Assembly (NCBI RefSeq): GCF_006345805.1
Contig: NC_043015.1
Span: 2,728,001 to 2,792,000 of the forward strand
DNA length: 64,000 bases
Reading direction: 5' to 3'
Origin: Octopus sinensis
Lineage: Eukaryota
How positions within the stretch are numbered: position 1 is the first letter of the stretch; every line of letters starts with the position of its first letter. Position numbers and translations under genes: made by a program. Positions 41,790 through 55,423 of this stretch are shown here, one piece after another. The notes beneath the pieces are model-generated. The model ran no database searches. It saw only the letters and a program-made list of their open reading frames with translations, and was not told where the DNA came from.

Positions 41790-42008
41790 TTCCGGATTTT
41801 GTGGTGTGGTGTATATATTCGCCCCAATCCACTAAACAGCAAGCCGGTGCGTTGAAGAATTACGCACTTTTTCAGGCTAAGCTGACTGGAGCAACGGGAA
41901 TTGAAATAGTCTTCTGAAGAACACAAAGCATAGCGTCGTCTGGATAGCGAAAGCACATTTTTATGATCATGAGTGCAACAGTGTGACAACTAGTCTCTGC
42001 CATTCAAC
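41790..42008 (-). mobile_element. Diverged tRNA-derived SINE (family F)
   Basis: gctgactggagcaacg..aacacaa..gatcatgagtgcaaca..actag is the reverse complement of a tRNA-like head plus conserved core. A related plus-strand copy lies at 50455. Confidence 0.55.
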
Positions 42009-42038
42009 ATGACATTATATATATATTTATGTGTTTGG

Positions 42039-42077
<39 letters not shown>

Positions 42078-42369
42078 TGTGTGTTTGTGAGTGTGTATGG
42101 AAAAAGTCAACGTAGAACATGCTAAAATAATTTTAGAGAAAAACATTTCAGTACCGTTTTCTGCCATTGAGAATTTTTCAACTTTTTCCAACTTTATAAT
42201 TATAGGAATGGATTCAATTGTACATACAAAGACACACACACAAACATATGTATATATGTATATATGTAAGTTGAAATAGTCTCAATGACTGAAATCGTTA
42301 CTGAAATTATTTTAGCATTTTCAACCTTCACTTTTGTTTCCATGTGTATCAACTTGTCTGTTCCTTTCC

Positions 42370-42400
<31 letters not shown>

Positions 42401-43087
42401 AATTAGTAAATAAATGGCACAACAAATACCGATATTTACTGGAATAGCGAACGTAAAAATACGACGCTAAAGTGTAGCTTCACCGCGTATGTATTAGTAA
42501 AAATGCGTGTGTGCACACACGCTTTTTTTTTAATACATACGCGGTGAAACACTTTAGCGTCGTATTTTTACGTTCGCTATTTCCAGTAAATATCGGTACT
42601 TTGTTGTGCCATTTATTTACTAATTTGTGTATTTTTCCTCACGGGCTACTTTTTACTGGAAGGCAATACTTGTATTATTATGATATTTTGAAACTTCTTC
42701 ACCGTTTATGTACTGTTAGCGTTCCGTATTTCAGTCGAGTGCGTTAGTATTTATGTGGTAACATCGTAGTTTGTCTGGTATAGTTTGGCTGAAGAAGGTA
42801 AAGCAAATATGGGTGAGAGACTATCTTGCAAAACTGAAACTGCAGGTACCACATTATCATTTTCCGGTGTTTAATCTTTCAGATGTTTCCTGGAGGTAAG
42901 ACGGTTTTTTTCTCTATTTTGTTGCACACACGCATTTTTACTAATACATACGCGGTGAAGCTACACTTTAGCGTCGTATTTTTACGTTCGCTATTTCCAG
43001 TAAATATCGGTACTTTGTTGTGCATTTATTTACTAATTTGTGTATTTTTCCTCAGGGCTACTTTTTATGGAAGGCAATACTTTGTAT
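42401..43087 (+). mobile_element. Non-autonomous PLE-like element between (TA)n tracts: spacerless palindrome, tandem repeat and hammerhead-like motif
   Basis: 42401-42513 is the inverted copy of 42514-42625. About 163-bp direct repeats at 42513-42676 and 42923-43087. CTGAAGA..GAAA..GTA motif at 42786-42851. Confidence 0.75.
42786..42851 (+). ncRNA. Hammerhead-like motif, weak stems
   Basis: tgg CTGAAGA ag..gcaaata..tatcttgc..ct GAA ACTGCAGGT A cca: 3-bp stem I, interrupted stem II, near-palindromic stem III. Confidence 0.4.
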
Positions 43088-43112
43088 TGCATACTGAATA
43101 TATATATTATTA

Positions 43113-43150
<38 letters not shown>

Positions 43151-43217
43151 TGTATATATGTATGTGTATATATATATACATGTATACATGTATGTGTATA
43201 TATAATATATGCAGTAC

Positions 43218-43290
43218 ACGTGACTGTGAGGCGAGTAGCTTGCTTCCAACCTCATGTCCAGGTTCATTCTATTGCGTGAAAACGTGAGCA
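43218..43290 (+). mobile_element. 5' head fragment of SINE family C
   Basis: gtgactgtgaggcgagtagcttgcttccaacctcatgtccaggttcatt matches the 62532 head. Confidence 0.55.
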
Positions 43291-43314
43291 TCTTCAGCAT
43301 AGTCAACACGGAGC

Positions 43315-43358
<44 letters not shown>

Positions 43359-44346
43359 AGTGTGTGTGTGTACAATTGAAATCATACCTATAATCATAAA
43401 GGGAATTAAATGATCACTCACATAATATGTAAATGACGTAAATGCCAAGACAATTCGCTCTTCCTTTACTATATAAAGTATAAAAAATAATAGCCATAAT
43501 CGGTGAATTTTCTTTAGAATCTTCAAATTCGATGTGAGATATAATGGCAATACTAAATGGATAAGCCAACGCTATAACAACTTGAATTTCCCCTGAAGGT
43601 TTACCCATAGAGATGATACAAGTAGAGATGTTTAAAAAGCAGTTCAGACAAAAACAGGCTCATGTTATCGTAGTTCCTTTGTCGTCAATTCAAGAAAAAT
43701 AATTCTAGCATCACACATTTTAGCGCATATACATAGGATGAATTTATATTTATATATGTCTATCGAAACAGCGACTGAACATAACCGTTTTCAATTTGAA
43801 CTGGGATAAAGTTGTCTTCATGGAATAAAACTAATTAATTAGTGGCCACGAAAATATCAATTGTAAAATCCGAGTTCTTATCAATAAGTATCTGGACTGT
43901 TGCTATAGTACCGAAGCTAAAGCAGGATATTGACGAATATTCTGGGAGACTCGAAACAAGAAGAACTAGGATAAACATCGCAGACAAGATCGTTGAATCA
44001 TCATCTGTGAGCTATCAGATGATGTGCATATTAGTTATATTTCAGTTAACTAAACTCCATCATAACAGCAGATTTGGGTATGGCACACGTGTCTGCGAAA
44101 TTTCCCTAAATCCTCATTTCACCTACCTAAAATTACACTCACGTTCCAGCTTCATAAGATTGTAAATATGTCTCAATGAAAACTCTTTGAATATTTTGCA
44201 TAGGCCCCTGAGCAGGTATCGCCAAGATTTTGGCAAAATTTGATGCAGATTCTCTGTTCAACTTTGTTATATTTAATGCGACGATCACGCTATACACCTT
44301 CCTTCCAAGACACTTTATTTCACGTCGCTCCATTCCAAAAATGAGT

Positions 44347-44527
44347 AGTACCTGTATTTCAAAGAGCCAGTCTTGTCACACAGTGTCACGCTAAATTTCC
44401 CCGAAAACTACGTTAAGAGTACATGTGTTTGTGGAGTGCCCAGCCACTTACACGTTAATTTCACTAGCAAGCTGTTCCGTTGATCGTATCTGCTTGGACC
44501 CTCGTCATCGCAACTGACGGAGAGCTC
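44347..44527 (+). mobile_element. 5'-truncated SINE family D
   Basis: gtacctgtatttcaaag..ccacttacacgttaatttcac..ccctcgtcatcgcaactgacggag aligns with 25593-25770. Confidence 0.85.
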
Positions 44528-45127
44528 CTATATATACGGCATCACACCCAATACTTATTGATTAGATTATGTATATTAAAAAGGGTCCCTCGGATCAACT
44601 ATATCTATAATGAGGAATTCAGTTGCGTTGGATATAGTTTCCGTATCCTGGATCGGCACTTATCGCAGTCAAATAACGTATATCCAATTCATTTGATAAA
44701 ATATTCCTGAGTAAAATGGTCGGTCATCTTTTTAGTTTCAAATTTTGAGAAACATGAATAACAATGCAATTCTTTTTTTTTTTATCTTTTTTTATTACAG
44801 TTTTACATTATTTACATTTATAGAACTGTGTCATATTTTTTAGTTCAAAATAATGCACGTCGATGCACGTAAATCGTGAACTGCGTAGGAGCACTAAGGC
44901 GATCGATTTAACAGGGAGACAATGGGGATGACAAACATACAAAACTTGCATAGTGTTTGTGACATATAATTGTTGTCACGCTTAGGAAATAATTCATCTT
45001 AAATTTAATATAGCTTTAATTGTATTACATACGTAGTAAAATTTTATACAATGTAAGAGCCCAAATGTTATCTTAACATTGTGTATGTGTGTATCTGTCT
45101 GCTTTGTATCTTTGTACGCAAATAGAT

Positions 45128-45370
45128 GATGGGGTGCGGCCTAGAGTTCAGAGCGTTGCAGTTATCGTCTTGAAATTTTAGTTGCGTTTCCCAGAATGTG
45201 CAGTGATCTGTGCTCTAGTGTAACCTGTTCACACCGGACCGCTCCTGTCCACTCAGCTGGCAAATATAATTAATCGTCCATCAGATTGGCGTCCCGTCAA
45301 GGGCGGGGAATATACACATCACAGAGTCCTGGAAACCGTTGATAATTGCCTATGGCGCCCGTAAGGACTC
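45128..45370 (+). mobile_element. Diverged tRNA-derived SINE with a V-domain-like core
   Basis: Decayed tRNA-like head, then gctcctgtccactcagctgg and gattggcgtcccgtcaaggg, which resembles the V-SINE central domain. Confidence 0.45.
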
Positions 45371-45949
45371 TTGATCCCTTTTCCTTTTGATACATAAATA
45401 CACTGACACACACTCACATATTCAACAATCACAGACCACTTATTCGTTGAGGAAATCAATTAAGAATAAAATCTGATTGCCCGAAGGAAAATAGTGTAAT
45501 TTAAGAATGAATTGTGTAATCGTTCATAGACTTACTGTTTTACATTTGACTTCATAAAATGTTGATGTGCATTAATTCTTGCGTAAATTTCGTAACGACC
45601 TAACTGTTTATAAATTGGCTTAAACTCAAAACCAGCCTCAATATTAGGCCTCAGTTTACTTAGACCATAAAATTTAATACGCATCCGTTCTTGCTGCACC
45701 ATGCTTATCTTTTTATAAGTATTTAACAGTACCTGGTTCGGTAATCATTCTCAACTTTTGTTGAAAGGATATTAAATGTTCAGAAGCTGCAATCAAAGTC
45801 CGTTTATGGAAGATTAACAAACATCTAAAGAAGAAATGGATTTTTCGATTATTTCGGCAGCAAAATATTTATGCTTGACCACCCATATCCCACATAACTT
45901 ATACACAAACGTTTAAAGCCGTTCAGCAGTGAAACGGATAATAACAATA

Positions 45950-46007
45950 TTATTTGTTAATATAATAACAATAATAATATCAATAACAAGGAAAATAATA
46001 ATAAATA

Positions 46008-46046
<39 letters not shown>

Positions 46047-46049
46047 TGC

Positions 46050-46084
<35 letters not shown>

Positions 46085-46260
46085 TCATAATAATAATAAT
46101 AATAATATAATAATAATAATAATAATAATAAGAAGAAGAAGAAGAAGAAGAAGAAGAGAAGAAGAAGAAGAAGAGGAAGAAGAAATATCCACATCCACAT
46201 CATCATCATATTTGCTGTTGTTCTTATTGTTATCATTATTCTGATAGTGTTATTATTATC
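45950..46260. repeat. (AAT)/(AAG)/(CAT)n compound microsatellite
   Basis: Direct reading. Confidence 0.95.
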
Positions 46261-47385
46261 ATTATTTTCCTGTATATGATATTGGTATCGTTTTTCTTCT
46301 CTTTACTTTAGTTTCCAAAAATATTCAAAACCATTGCAAAGCTTCACTAACTGTTTGGCCCATAATTACACGATACACTAATTTTTAAAATTCAAAATGA
46401 AACTTTTCTCTGCTTTTCTGTGCTTTTATCATCGCGTCGATATCGGACAATGCATTACAAGAGGCATACGCATCCTGAGTTGCATATAGATATTATGTCA
46501 GCTTGTTTATACACAAGTGTCTGAAGATTTGTTTGGTAGTATGAACAGTAAGCTTTTATAGAACACCAGAGTTGGATTCCTCTGACTGCATTGCTCGACT
46601 GACAGCCGTTTGTGAGCACTCAAAAGCGCCCTCGGTGCCAGATTCCCTAATTTGGTTTATGCCTGGTCTAGGATTGCAGCTTAGTCAAATATACCAGTTG
46701 TGAAAACCCTGCCTGACAAACGGCACCGATAGCTGTTAAAGTCAGTGGGGATATCTGCGCCACTGTAACCACAGCATGTTCAGCCCTATAGTACACGGGT
46801 GTTACACCATGCCTTTACAGTGCCAAATCTATATGGTAGTATAAAATACACATACACACAAATACCTGATAGATTTGTATAAATATAAATTGTTACATTC
46901 TGGAATGACCTTCTCTATTAGTAATAAAGTCAACAGAATAATTGGACAATTTTATAATTATGAGCATAATTATAATTAGGATTCAGTAAAATGTGCTTCA
47001 CCACATACCGAAATTTAGAAATAGCAGTTAAAATAGTATTGTACTACCATAAGATATCTCCCAGAAGGGCAGTGTCCAAACATTTCATATATGTGAACAT
47101 TGACCATGTTGTCTCTATGTGCAGCTTTCTTGCGCCTACAGTATATATCAACACGCATGATAGAGCAGCAGTATATTCACTGGGTAATTTGCAACAACCT
47201 GGATCTGTCACATGAGCAAGACTAGTAGGAACAGAAAACACCTCCAGTACTTGAAAATCATCACCTCTCACTCTTCATAATTATATAAAAAACGTTTGTA
47301 TAAGTTTACCGATAATGGTTCTTTAAACATACCGAACTACTTGGTAAAATTATTAATTATTAATTTGTTAATTAATTTTACCCTT

Positions 47386-47482
<97 letters not shown>

Positions 47483-50454
47483 ATGCGGGGGTGTGTGTGT
47501 ATATATATGTATATAATTCTACAATGTATCTTGGATTAAATGTCCATCATATGTTTACATGAGGTTACATTATTTACGGAATGAATGATTTTAAATCCTA
47601 AACAGAAACTACAATTAAAATTTTTATGAGATTATGTCCTATACTCGGGTCATGGATACTTCAAACGTGATAAATTAAACGACATTTAATGTTAAAATGA
47701 TTATCTTAATGATCCAGAAGTGACGACAACATAATTGAGGAAAAAAAACAGTTAAAAAATCAACAAATCAATGCAATAAACTCTGCTACGTGATTTTTGC
47801 AAATTGTTGAGCGATTTTGTTTATGTGATAATCTCATTATGATAAAACAGAGAATGGAAAAGTATCACACTGTGAGAAGCAATAATATGATTTATGAATA
47901 TTTTATTATGACATAACGAGGTCCGGTTTATCTGTTTCACTATAATATTAATTATTGAAACGCAGCCTGGAAGATATAATCAGAAATACAGAGGTTTGAG
48001 ATGAAAGATATGTGACAATCAAATGAGAATCAGAGGAAACATATTAATGATGTTTTATATAAGAATTACAACATTAATTATTAACGGATATATAACTGTT
48101 ACAGTAACTTCAATATCATTGATATATAGAGCTTGGTCATATGACGATTTATTAGAGCGTGAATGGTATCAGTGAATACGCGACTGATTTTTCATATTTG
48201 AGGACACGTTAAATGAATTACCATACCTCAGACTAGGCAGCAGTTTGGTGTAATTTGTGAAATTTCTAGCTTGCCTCCCTAGAGACATTGAAATAAAGCC
48301 ATGCTACATCAGCTAGGCCCATGCTGATTTGCTTTCTGGCGCATTATATAGAGCATTGTAATAATAAAGTGTCAAGTTCCATTCATATATACATAAAGTG
48401 CGATGCCTGTCACGCAATATACTTTACAGCCTTCAGGCAACGCTGTAGACCTCCATAACTATTCGTTACAATAATTGTATTTCCCCTATACCTCTGTGAC
48501 AAATACTACGGAAGACATTTTGTCAGGGGTTTCACAAGGCAATATTTTGATTATTCTAATGGGATCAAATATTATTCTTCGTAATCTATCACATGATCTT
48601 TATATATATTACAGAAATATATATTACAGAAACGATATAATACTTTTCCTTACGCAATGCATATGTTTGATATAGTGTACAAATGGAAACTTATATAACA
48701 TGACACGTTTTCTCCAATATATGTTGATATTTTAATAGGTTCTGTGTATTTCAGTGATAGCATTTGCACAATCCACACAGAGTATTCTGGCTTGTCACAA
48801 TCCTGTCTCAAAGTAGTTCTTCAAGCAAAATATTTTTGATTCTAGCAACACAGAGGGTAATTTGCACCAAGTTCTTACGGACTTGACATAATATAACACT
48901 AAAGGGAAACAGAACAATCCTACGAAATTCATGCTGATGTATAGGGCATCACACATATATGATGCCTGCGCTTTTGTGAGTACCCTGTAATTGTAAAAGT
49001 AAGAATAAATCAATGCCCTTGTTTGTCTTTTGTTTCTTAATTCCATTCTACAACAGGATTGCATCAAGGCTTTTGAAATGGATCTTTCATAAATGAATAC
49101 AAACATATACTTAGTAATAGTAAAATCAAAATGAGAGTGCTCAGAATTAGTATTTAGCAAGCATTAGTCCACAAAATAACAGTGATAGGAAGTACTGAAA
49201 CCTACACAGATTAAGAGATGCACACACCCTACTCATCATAGGAACCGATGTTATAAAACATGCAATTATTAATTAGTTTGATTGCACTGTCAATGAAAAT
49301 CAGATGGTGACTCATAAGAAAGAGTTTTCCACTGAAGGTGGATGATTTGAAATGAGTTCGTAATGTGCTGAAGTAATCAAAGAGGTAATGTGTTTGAAGT
49401 TAAACGATACTAACATGATAAATTATTTGATAACCACGTCGATACTTTGTAGAATTGTGAGGTGTGCTTTGTAATTAATTTTCTGTACTTGATCACAATA
49501 TTAAAAGAAAAATATGGTACGCACACTACCAGACTAAATCTCGTCCCAAACTGGTTAAACCACGTAAATGCTAATAGAAGTCGTGGATTCTGCATGAAAT
49601 GAACGAGAAATATTTTCGGATACATATTATAGGACTATAAATCTGTGCCTTTTCGGCATTAAGCCCCAGTCCTTATGAGAGGAAATTTCCACGTTAAACA
49701 AATAATTTGCAAGTGAATCTCCGAGAATTGAGTCAAAGAAGCAGAAAGGCATACCTTATTCAAACAATTACTTTTGCCAAAATTTCTTACTCCTTTCTTT
49801 TCCTTTCCTTCTACCTTAATTTAGTCCTAGGAATCTTCTCTTTAATTTCTCCCTGCTTCTTGTCCTTACAGTTTTCTTTTTCCCCATCAATTCAAGTTTC
49901 CTTTCGCTCTATTTTCTTTCATTTGTTTCCCTCATTGGTTCGTTTGTAATTTTGCAAACTGTATATAGCTCCATTCCTTTGATGTGAGTCGTTGATTGAT
50001 TTATTGCTTTCGCTTTTCTTCTACCGAGGCAGGATCTTTAGGGGATAAAATATTGAAAATCCTTGCAAGTGCGAACACATCAATCTAAGTTTTGGAAACC
50101 GATATTGGCATTAAGTGATCGTACGCAATGCTCTTCAAGCTTGTATAGCGACACTTGTTAAAAGTCATGGAGGTTGCCTGGAAATCCTCAGGAAACTGAT
50201 GATTATACGCATAGAAAAAGCAGGATATTCTCCATAAAAATTGGTCAACTGACACAGGTAGAATGAATGGAAACTTTCTTCGGTAGAAGTTTAACATAGA
50301 AATACCGTAAGTGTATTTCGAAACAATACACGCATATGCAAGAACACGTATATCTGTGCACCTATCTATATATAAACATATATATCTATACATATTTGTG
50401 TGCATGTGTGTGCACATGCGTGCGAACGTATGTGTGCGTGTTTAGTGTGTGTGA

Positions 50455-50600
50455 GGGTTCATGGATTAGTGGTGAGGGTATTGCACTCGCAAACTAGCCA
50501 TCATAATTTCCATCCCTTGACGGGATGATACGTTGTGCTCTTGATAAAAACACGTGAATCAGCAATGTTCTCCGATAACTCCGCCAGGTATATTGGCTAA
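50455..50600 (+). mobile_element. Degenerate SINE family F head
   Basis: ttagtggtgagggtattgcactc..cgttgtgctcttga..aaacac. Confidence 0.45.
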
Positions 50601-50647
50601 AGATGGATGTACTACAATTTAACATAATACCAGTGTACACACACACA

Positions 50648-50729
<82 letters not shown>

Positions 50730-51736
50730 GTAAAAGTAATTAAGATTCAAGTGAGTTCTGTTGAATTCACATGAATGCGGTACTTAACTTAGATACACCA
50801 GAAATCTATATGGTATTAACCATAAGATAATGCGTGGTGATTATAAGCAAGAAAAAAGCAACATAAATGCAAATAAGTTAATAAAACTTCGTAATTCTTA
50901 TATACTATAAGTAAATTAAACCTAATCCCATACAAATAATCCCATACAAATAATATAACGATTTTTCATTATGAAAAACAATACTCCCAATTCTTTCTTT
51001 TGACCCCTAAATGCAGTCCCGAAGTCTGCCAAGGTATAAGTAGTAACATTAATTAATAAAGAAATACATTGAATGACATATTTTCTAGTGTTGCACTGAA
51101 ATCTGTTAATACTTTTTCCTATAGTGATAACCTTTTGACCCGCCTTTACCTTCCCTTGTCCTCTTTATATGGCAATTATCAACAGAATACTGGTCAAGAT
51201 TAGCTTTCTTTTTTTAAAACTCTTAGATTCTTACCAATTCCAACCCAGTCAGCTTGTCTCCACTGAAAGAAACTATTCTGCGTAGGTGGATATTTACAAT
51301 CCCATTCCTTCTCAGTTAACCTTTATACCCTTTGTGAGTGATTGTCTATACGCTCCACTAAATTTCCTTCGACAAATTCTAACATAGCAGTTTTGAAACA
51401 TGATCAGAAATGCAACCATCATACCTCCATACATCAGGAAACCCACTTTATTATGAACTAATTATGGATAAATACATCGTCTGTGAGTATGAAATCTCTC
51501 CTCATACCTCCAGAATTCAAACATTTTTTTCATTATTATGGATGGATTTACATTTTCAATTTCTGTGAAACTAAGAGGTTCTTTAAAATACTTTTTAAAG
51601 CCTGTTATTTGACTGTGCAACATTGGAGAACTTTGGATGTCCGTTTATTATCTAAATCTGATTTTTATAGAACTATCCCGAATGTTTCATGAGTGTAAAC
51701 TCACCCCTTTACATGTCTTGAGAACTCAGATGTTTT

Positions 51737-51823
51737 TTCGGCTGATGAGAACGGGCCACGTGTATTTGCTGCAATATTTGCAGCCTTAATAAAGGTGTCT
51801 TCGTACGAAACAATTGTACCGAA
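51737..51823 (+). ncRNA. Type-I hammerhead ribozyme with a complete canonical core
   Basis: ttcgg CTGATGA G..(long stem II capped by gctgcaa/ttgcagc)..C GAA ACAATTGT A ccgaa: perfect 5-bp stem I, G10.1-C11.1 pair, palindromic stem III, GUA triplet (predicted cut after 51818). Confidence 0.7.
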
Positions 51824-51856
51824 TTATTGAACCAATTTCGGTGCTTTTTTCTTGCG

Positions 51857-51889
<33 letters not shown>

Positions 51890-51991
51890 ATATATATATA
51901 TACGTATATAATTAGGATAAAATCTTTATTATGATTTATCAGAAGCCAGTATAGTAAAAATAACATAATGGTAAATTTCTTTCTGTAAAAT

Positions 51992-52361
51992 TTATAACAA
52001 GGATGTTTAATGCTTACTACACGAGTCTACTAGACATAGACCCTAAGCGATCTATGAAACACTTAGATTATAACTCCACTACACAAGGTTGGAAGCGAGT
52101 ATATATACTAATTTGGATAGTCCCAACTTTATAGATTTCACGGTTCAAGGTATTAAAAACCCGTTTCGCTCATCTTTCTTTACATACCGAACATAAATAT
52201 TTGCTTATTATTTATGTTCGGTAAGTTTAATAAATCCTCGCTCTCTATTTTCCTCGCTTACAACTTTGTGTAGTGGAGTAATAATCTAAGTGGTTGATAA
52301 ATCATTTGGAGTTTATTTCTAACAGACTAGTGTATTTAATAATTCAACAACCTTATTATAA
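51992..52361. repeat. Foldback element: degenerate long inverted arms plus a perfect internal 15-bp hairpin
   Basis: 52062-52099 versus 52253-52290 match in 35 of 38 bp inverted, and looser similarity extends outward. taccgaacataaata / tatttatgttcggta at 52185-52223. Confidence 0.75.
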
Positions 52362-52589
52362 TTATATATATATATATATAAAACCTACTTAACCTATTGA
52401 TTTTTATCTATTTTTCTAAGCAAGAATTGCTTCGTCGAAACTTTATCTTTCTGACAAACTGCATTTGTCAAAATTCATTGTCTGATTCACAGTTAATTGC
52501 TGAGAAAAAGTAAGATAAACGTATGTATATCGGAATTGTATTTTTTAACTTCTCTGCGTTAAATTCTTTTACGTACGGCGAATTACATA

Positions 52590-52641
<52 letters not shown>

Positions 52642-52714
52642 TATATAATATATATAGTATTATAATATATATATATATATATACATATATATTTATACAT
52701 GTTATATATGTAAT

Positions 52715-52745
<31 letters not shown>

Positions 52746-52764
52746 AATATATATAGTATAAATA

Positions 52765-52796
<32 letters not shown>

Positions 52797-52812
52797 CATG
52801 TATATATGTTCC

Positions 52813-52853
<41 letters not shown>

Positions 52854-52859
52854 ATGTAT

Positions 52860-52891
<32 letters not shown>

Positions 52892-53012
52892 GTACATACA
52901 TACATCATACATATATGTATATAACAAATAAATATCTGTATATAAACCATCCGATTTTCTGAGTACCTCATTTTTCTTCTAATATAAAATACCTGTACAT
53001 CATCTCCAACCT

Positions 53013-53052
<40 letters not shown>

Positions 53053-53134
53053 ATATATATTATTATATATATATATATATATATTATATATATGTATATA
53101 TATGTAGACGCTCACACAGATACATCTATATTAA

Positions 53135-53190
53135 TGGCGGTGCCCCCGCATGGCCACAGCTCATTAGCTGAAACTGGAAAAATCAAAATC
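53135..53190 (+). mobile_element. Isolated SINE/LINE-type 3' tail fragment; an opposite-strand one lies at about 53958-54000
   Basis: ggcggtgcccccgcatggccacagctcattagctgaaac resembles the family C tail. Confidence 0.6.
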
Positions 53191-53506
53191 AAAATCATAT
53201 ATATTTACAAACAGACATGAATTCACACACATACATACAAACACATATACATACATATCGTGACTGAATATTTCAGGAGACTCAGACTCTAAAATCAAGT
53301 TCTAGAGAATAAATTATGATAACTAATATGCAAAATCTACCAGTGGAATAACGAACAAAATCAATTGGCTTTAGTAGTGATATATACATATTTTAAACCT
53401 TTCCGTCTTTTTCGAAATATTTTGAAAACCATCACAATGCACTACATCTTCTCACTGGCTCGTCAATTCTCGTTCCTCAATTAAATACTTTTTATATGTG
53501 CAGTGA

Positions 53507-53559
<53 letters not shown>

Positions 53560-53563
<4 letters not shown>

Positions 53564-53907
53564 ATAATAAATATTAGGGAATTATATTCAAATTTACAGG
53601 GGAAAAAATCAGATTTAGGATTAAATCCAATTTTATAGTAAAATATTATATAATTAATTAAAGACAAAACCACTATTTTGCAAAACAAACAAGGAAAGAC
53701 TTAATCAATACATAAAAATTTAATAAAAAGTAAAAAAAACCGCCACTACAATTGTTTCATGTCTTCAAAAGACAATCTTCAGGTGGATTGTCTTTTGAAG
53801 ACATGAAACAATTGTAGTGGCGGTTTTTTTACTTTTATAAATTTGTATGTATTGATTAAGTCTTTCCTTGTTTGTTTTGCAAAATAGTGGTTTCGTCTCT
53901 AATTAAT
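53560..53907 (-). mobile_element. Non-autonomous hammerhead-bearing element forming an about 125-bp-arm hairpin, between (TA)n tracts
   Basis: 53653-53777 pairs with 53786-53907 around an 8-nt loop. The HHR-like motif spans the loop on the minus strand. Confidence 0.8.
53743..53786 (-). ncRNA. Minimal type-I hammerhead motif
   Basis: ccac CTGAAGA t tgtc ttttgaa gaca t GAA ACAATTGT A gtgg: perfect 4-bp stem I, palindromic stem III, GUA triplet. U-U mismatch at 10.1/11.1. Confidence 0.6.
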
Positions 53908-53908
53908 A

Positions 53909-53956
<48 letters not shown>

Positions 53957-54032
53957 TTCTAGTTCAACTCAGAGCTGCGGCCATGCTGATGCACCGCCGT
54001 TTTGTGCTACACTGTTATTACGATGAACCTCG

Positions 54033-54084
<52 letters not shown>

Positions 54085-54086
<2 letters not shown>

Positions 54087-54730
54087 CCAGGAAAATCTAG
54101 GTGATTGAGACGCCCTATTGCTTCGGCTAAATATTAATAAACGTATATATACTTGTTTATATTATAAGAATCTATCAATTGCACCTACTTTTACTCGTTT
54201 TTTGTTTTTTTATACTACGCACAATTGTTGACTATTTGTTATATACGATGCTGGCAGTAAATATCTTGAAAAAGCGTCGAGTAATTTTTTTTTGTTTTTA
54301 ATTCAACCTTTAATTGCCATGTTTTATATTGTCCGAAAGATAATTCGTTCTAATGGAATAGATTAAAATAGATTTTAATTGAATGACGATCCCTCAACAA
54401 TATTTAGTTTTCTTCCCAAAATCCTTCGACATTTTACATATTTATATTAGTTTCATTTAATATATGTTTCTATCATATCAATCCCACTTTACTTCAAGGA
54501 CCCCAGTTCAAGGTTTTCAAATTTACGTTCAGTGTTTGAATGAAATTCCTGCTCTTCTCAATATTTGCTACACTCGTAGTTATATTCTGTCTAAAATTGG
54601 ATGTTATTTAGTAACGCTCAATGTTCGTGTAGATTTGGTTGAGTGTGTAAATTTTTCCGCGAAACTGTGTTTACGCAGTAAGGGGATGGTCGCGTGTTTT
54701 CAGCATTTAAAAGATATGTATGAGGTTATT

Positions 54731-54788
<58 letters not shown>

Positions 54789-55423
54789 CAGGAAAATCTA
54801 GGTGATTGAGACGCCCTATTGCTTCGGCTAAATATTAATAAACGTATATTATACTTGTTTATATTATAAGAATCTATCAATTGCACCTACTTTTACTCGT
54901 TTTTTGTTTTTTTATACTACGCACAATTGTTGACTATTGTTATATACGATGCTGGCAGTAATATCTTGAAAAAGCGTCGAGTAATTTTTTTTTGTTTTTA
55001 ATTCAACCTTTAATTGCCATGTTTTATATTGTCCGAAAGATAATTCGTTCTAATGGAATAGATTAAAATAGATTTTAATTGAATGACGATCCCTCAACAA
55101 TATTTAGTTTTCTTCCAAAATCCTTCGACATTTTACATATTTATATTAGTTTCATTTAATATCTGTTTCTATCATATCAATCCCACTTTACTTCAGGACC
55201 CCAGTTCAAGGTTTTCAATTTACGTTCAGTGTTTGAATGAAATTCCTGCTCTTCTCAATATTTGCTACACTCGTAGTTATATTCTGTCTAAAATTGGATG
55301 TTATTTAGTAACGCTCAATGTTCGTGTAGATTTGGTTGAGTGTGTAAATTTTTGCGCGAAACTGTGTTTACGCAGTAATGGGGATGGTCGCGTGTTTTCA
55401 GCATTTAAAAGATATGTATGAGG

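Noticed and set aside
48475-48700. ORF with SGVSQG..MGSNIILRNLS, loosely like the Helitron/PIF1 helicase motif SGxPxH..GxPIMLLRNL
   Set aside because: One weak motif with no flanking helicase motifs recognisable. It would need tBLASTn to support.
52021-52070. Possible decayed hammerhead in the foldback arm (cataga/tctatg stem followed by aaac)
   Set aside because: The core does not match CUGANGA in either arm and stem I does not pair.
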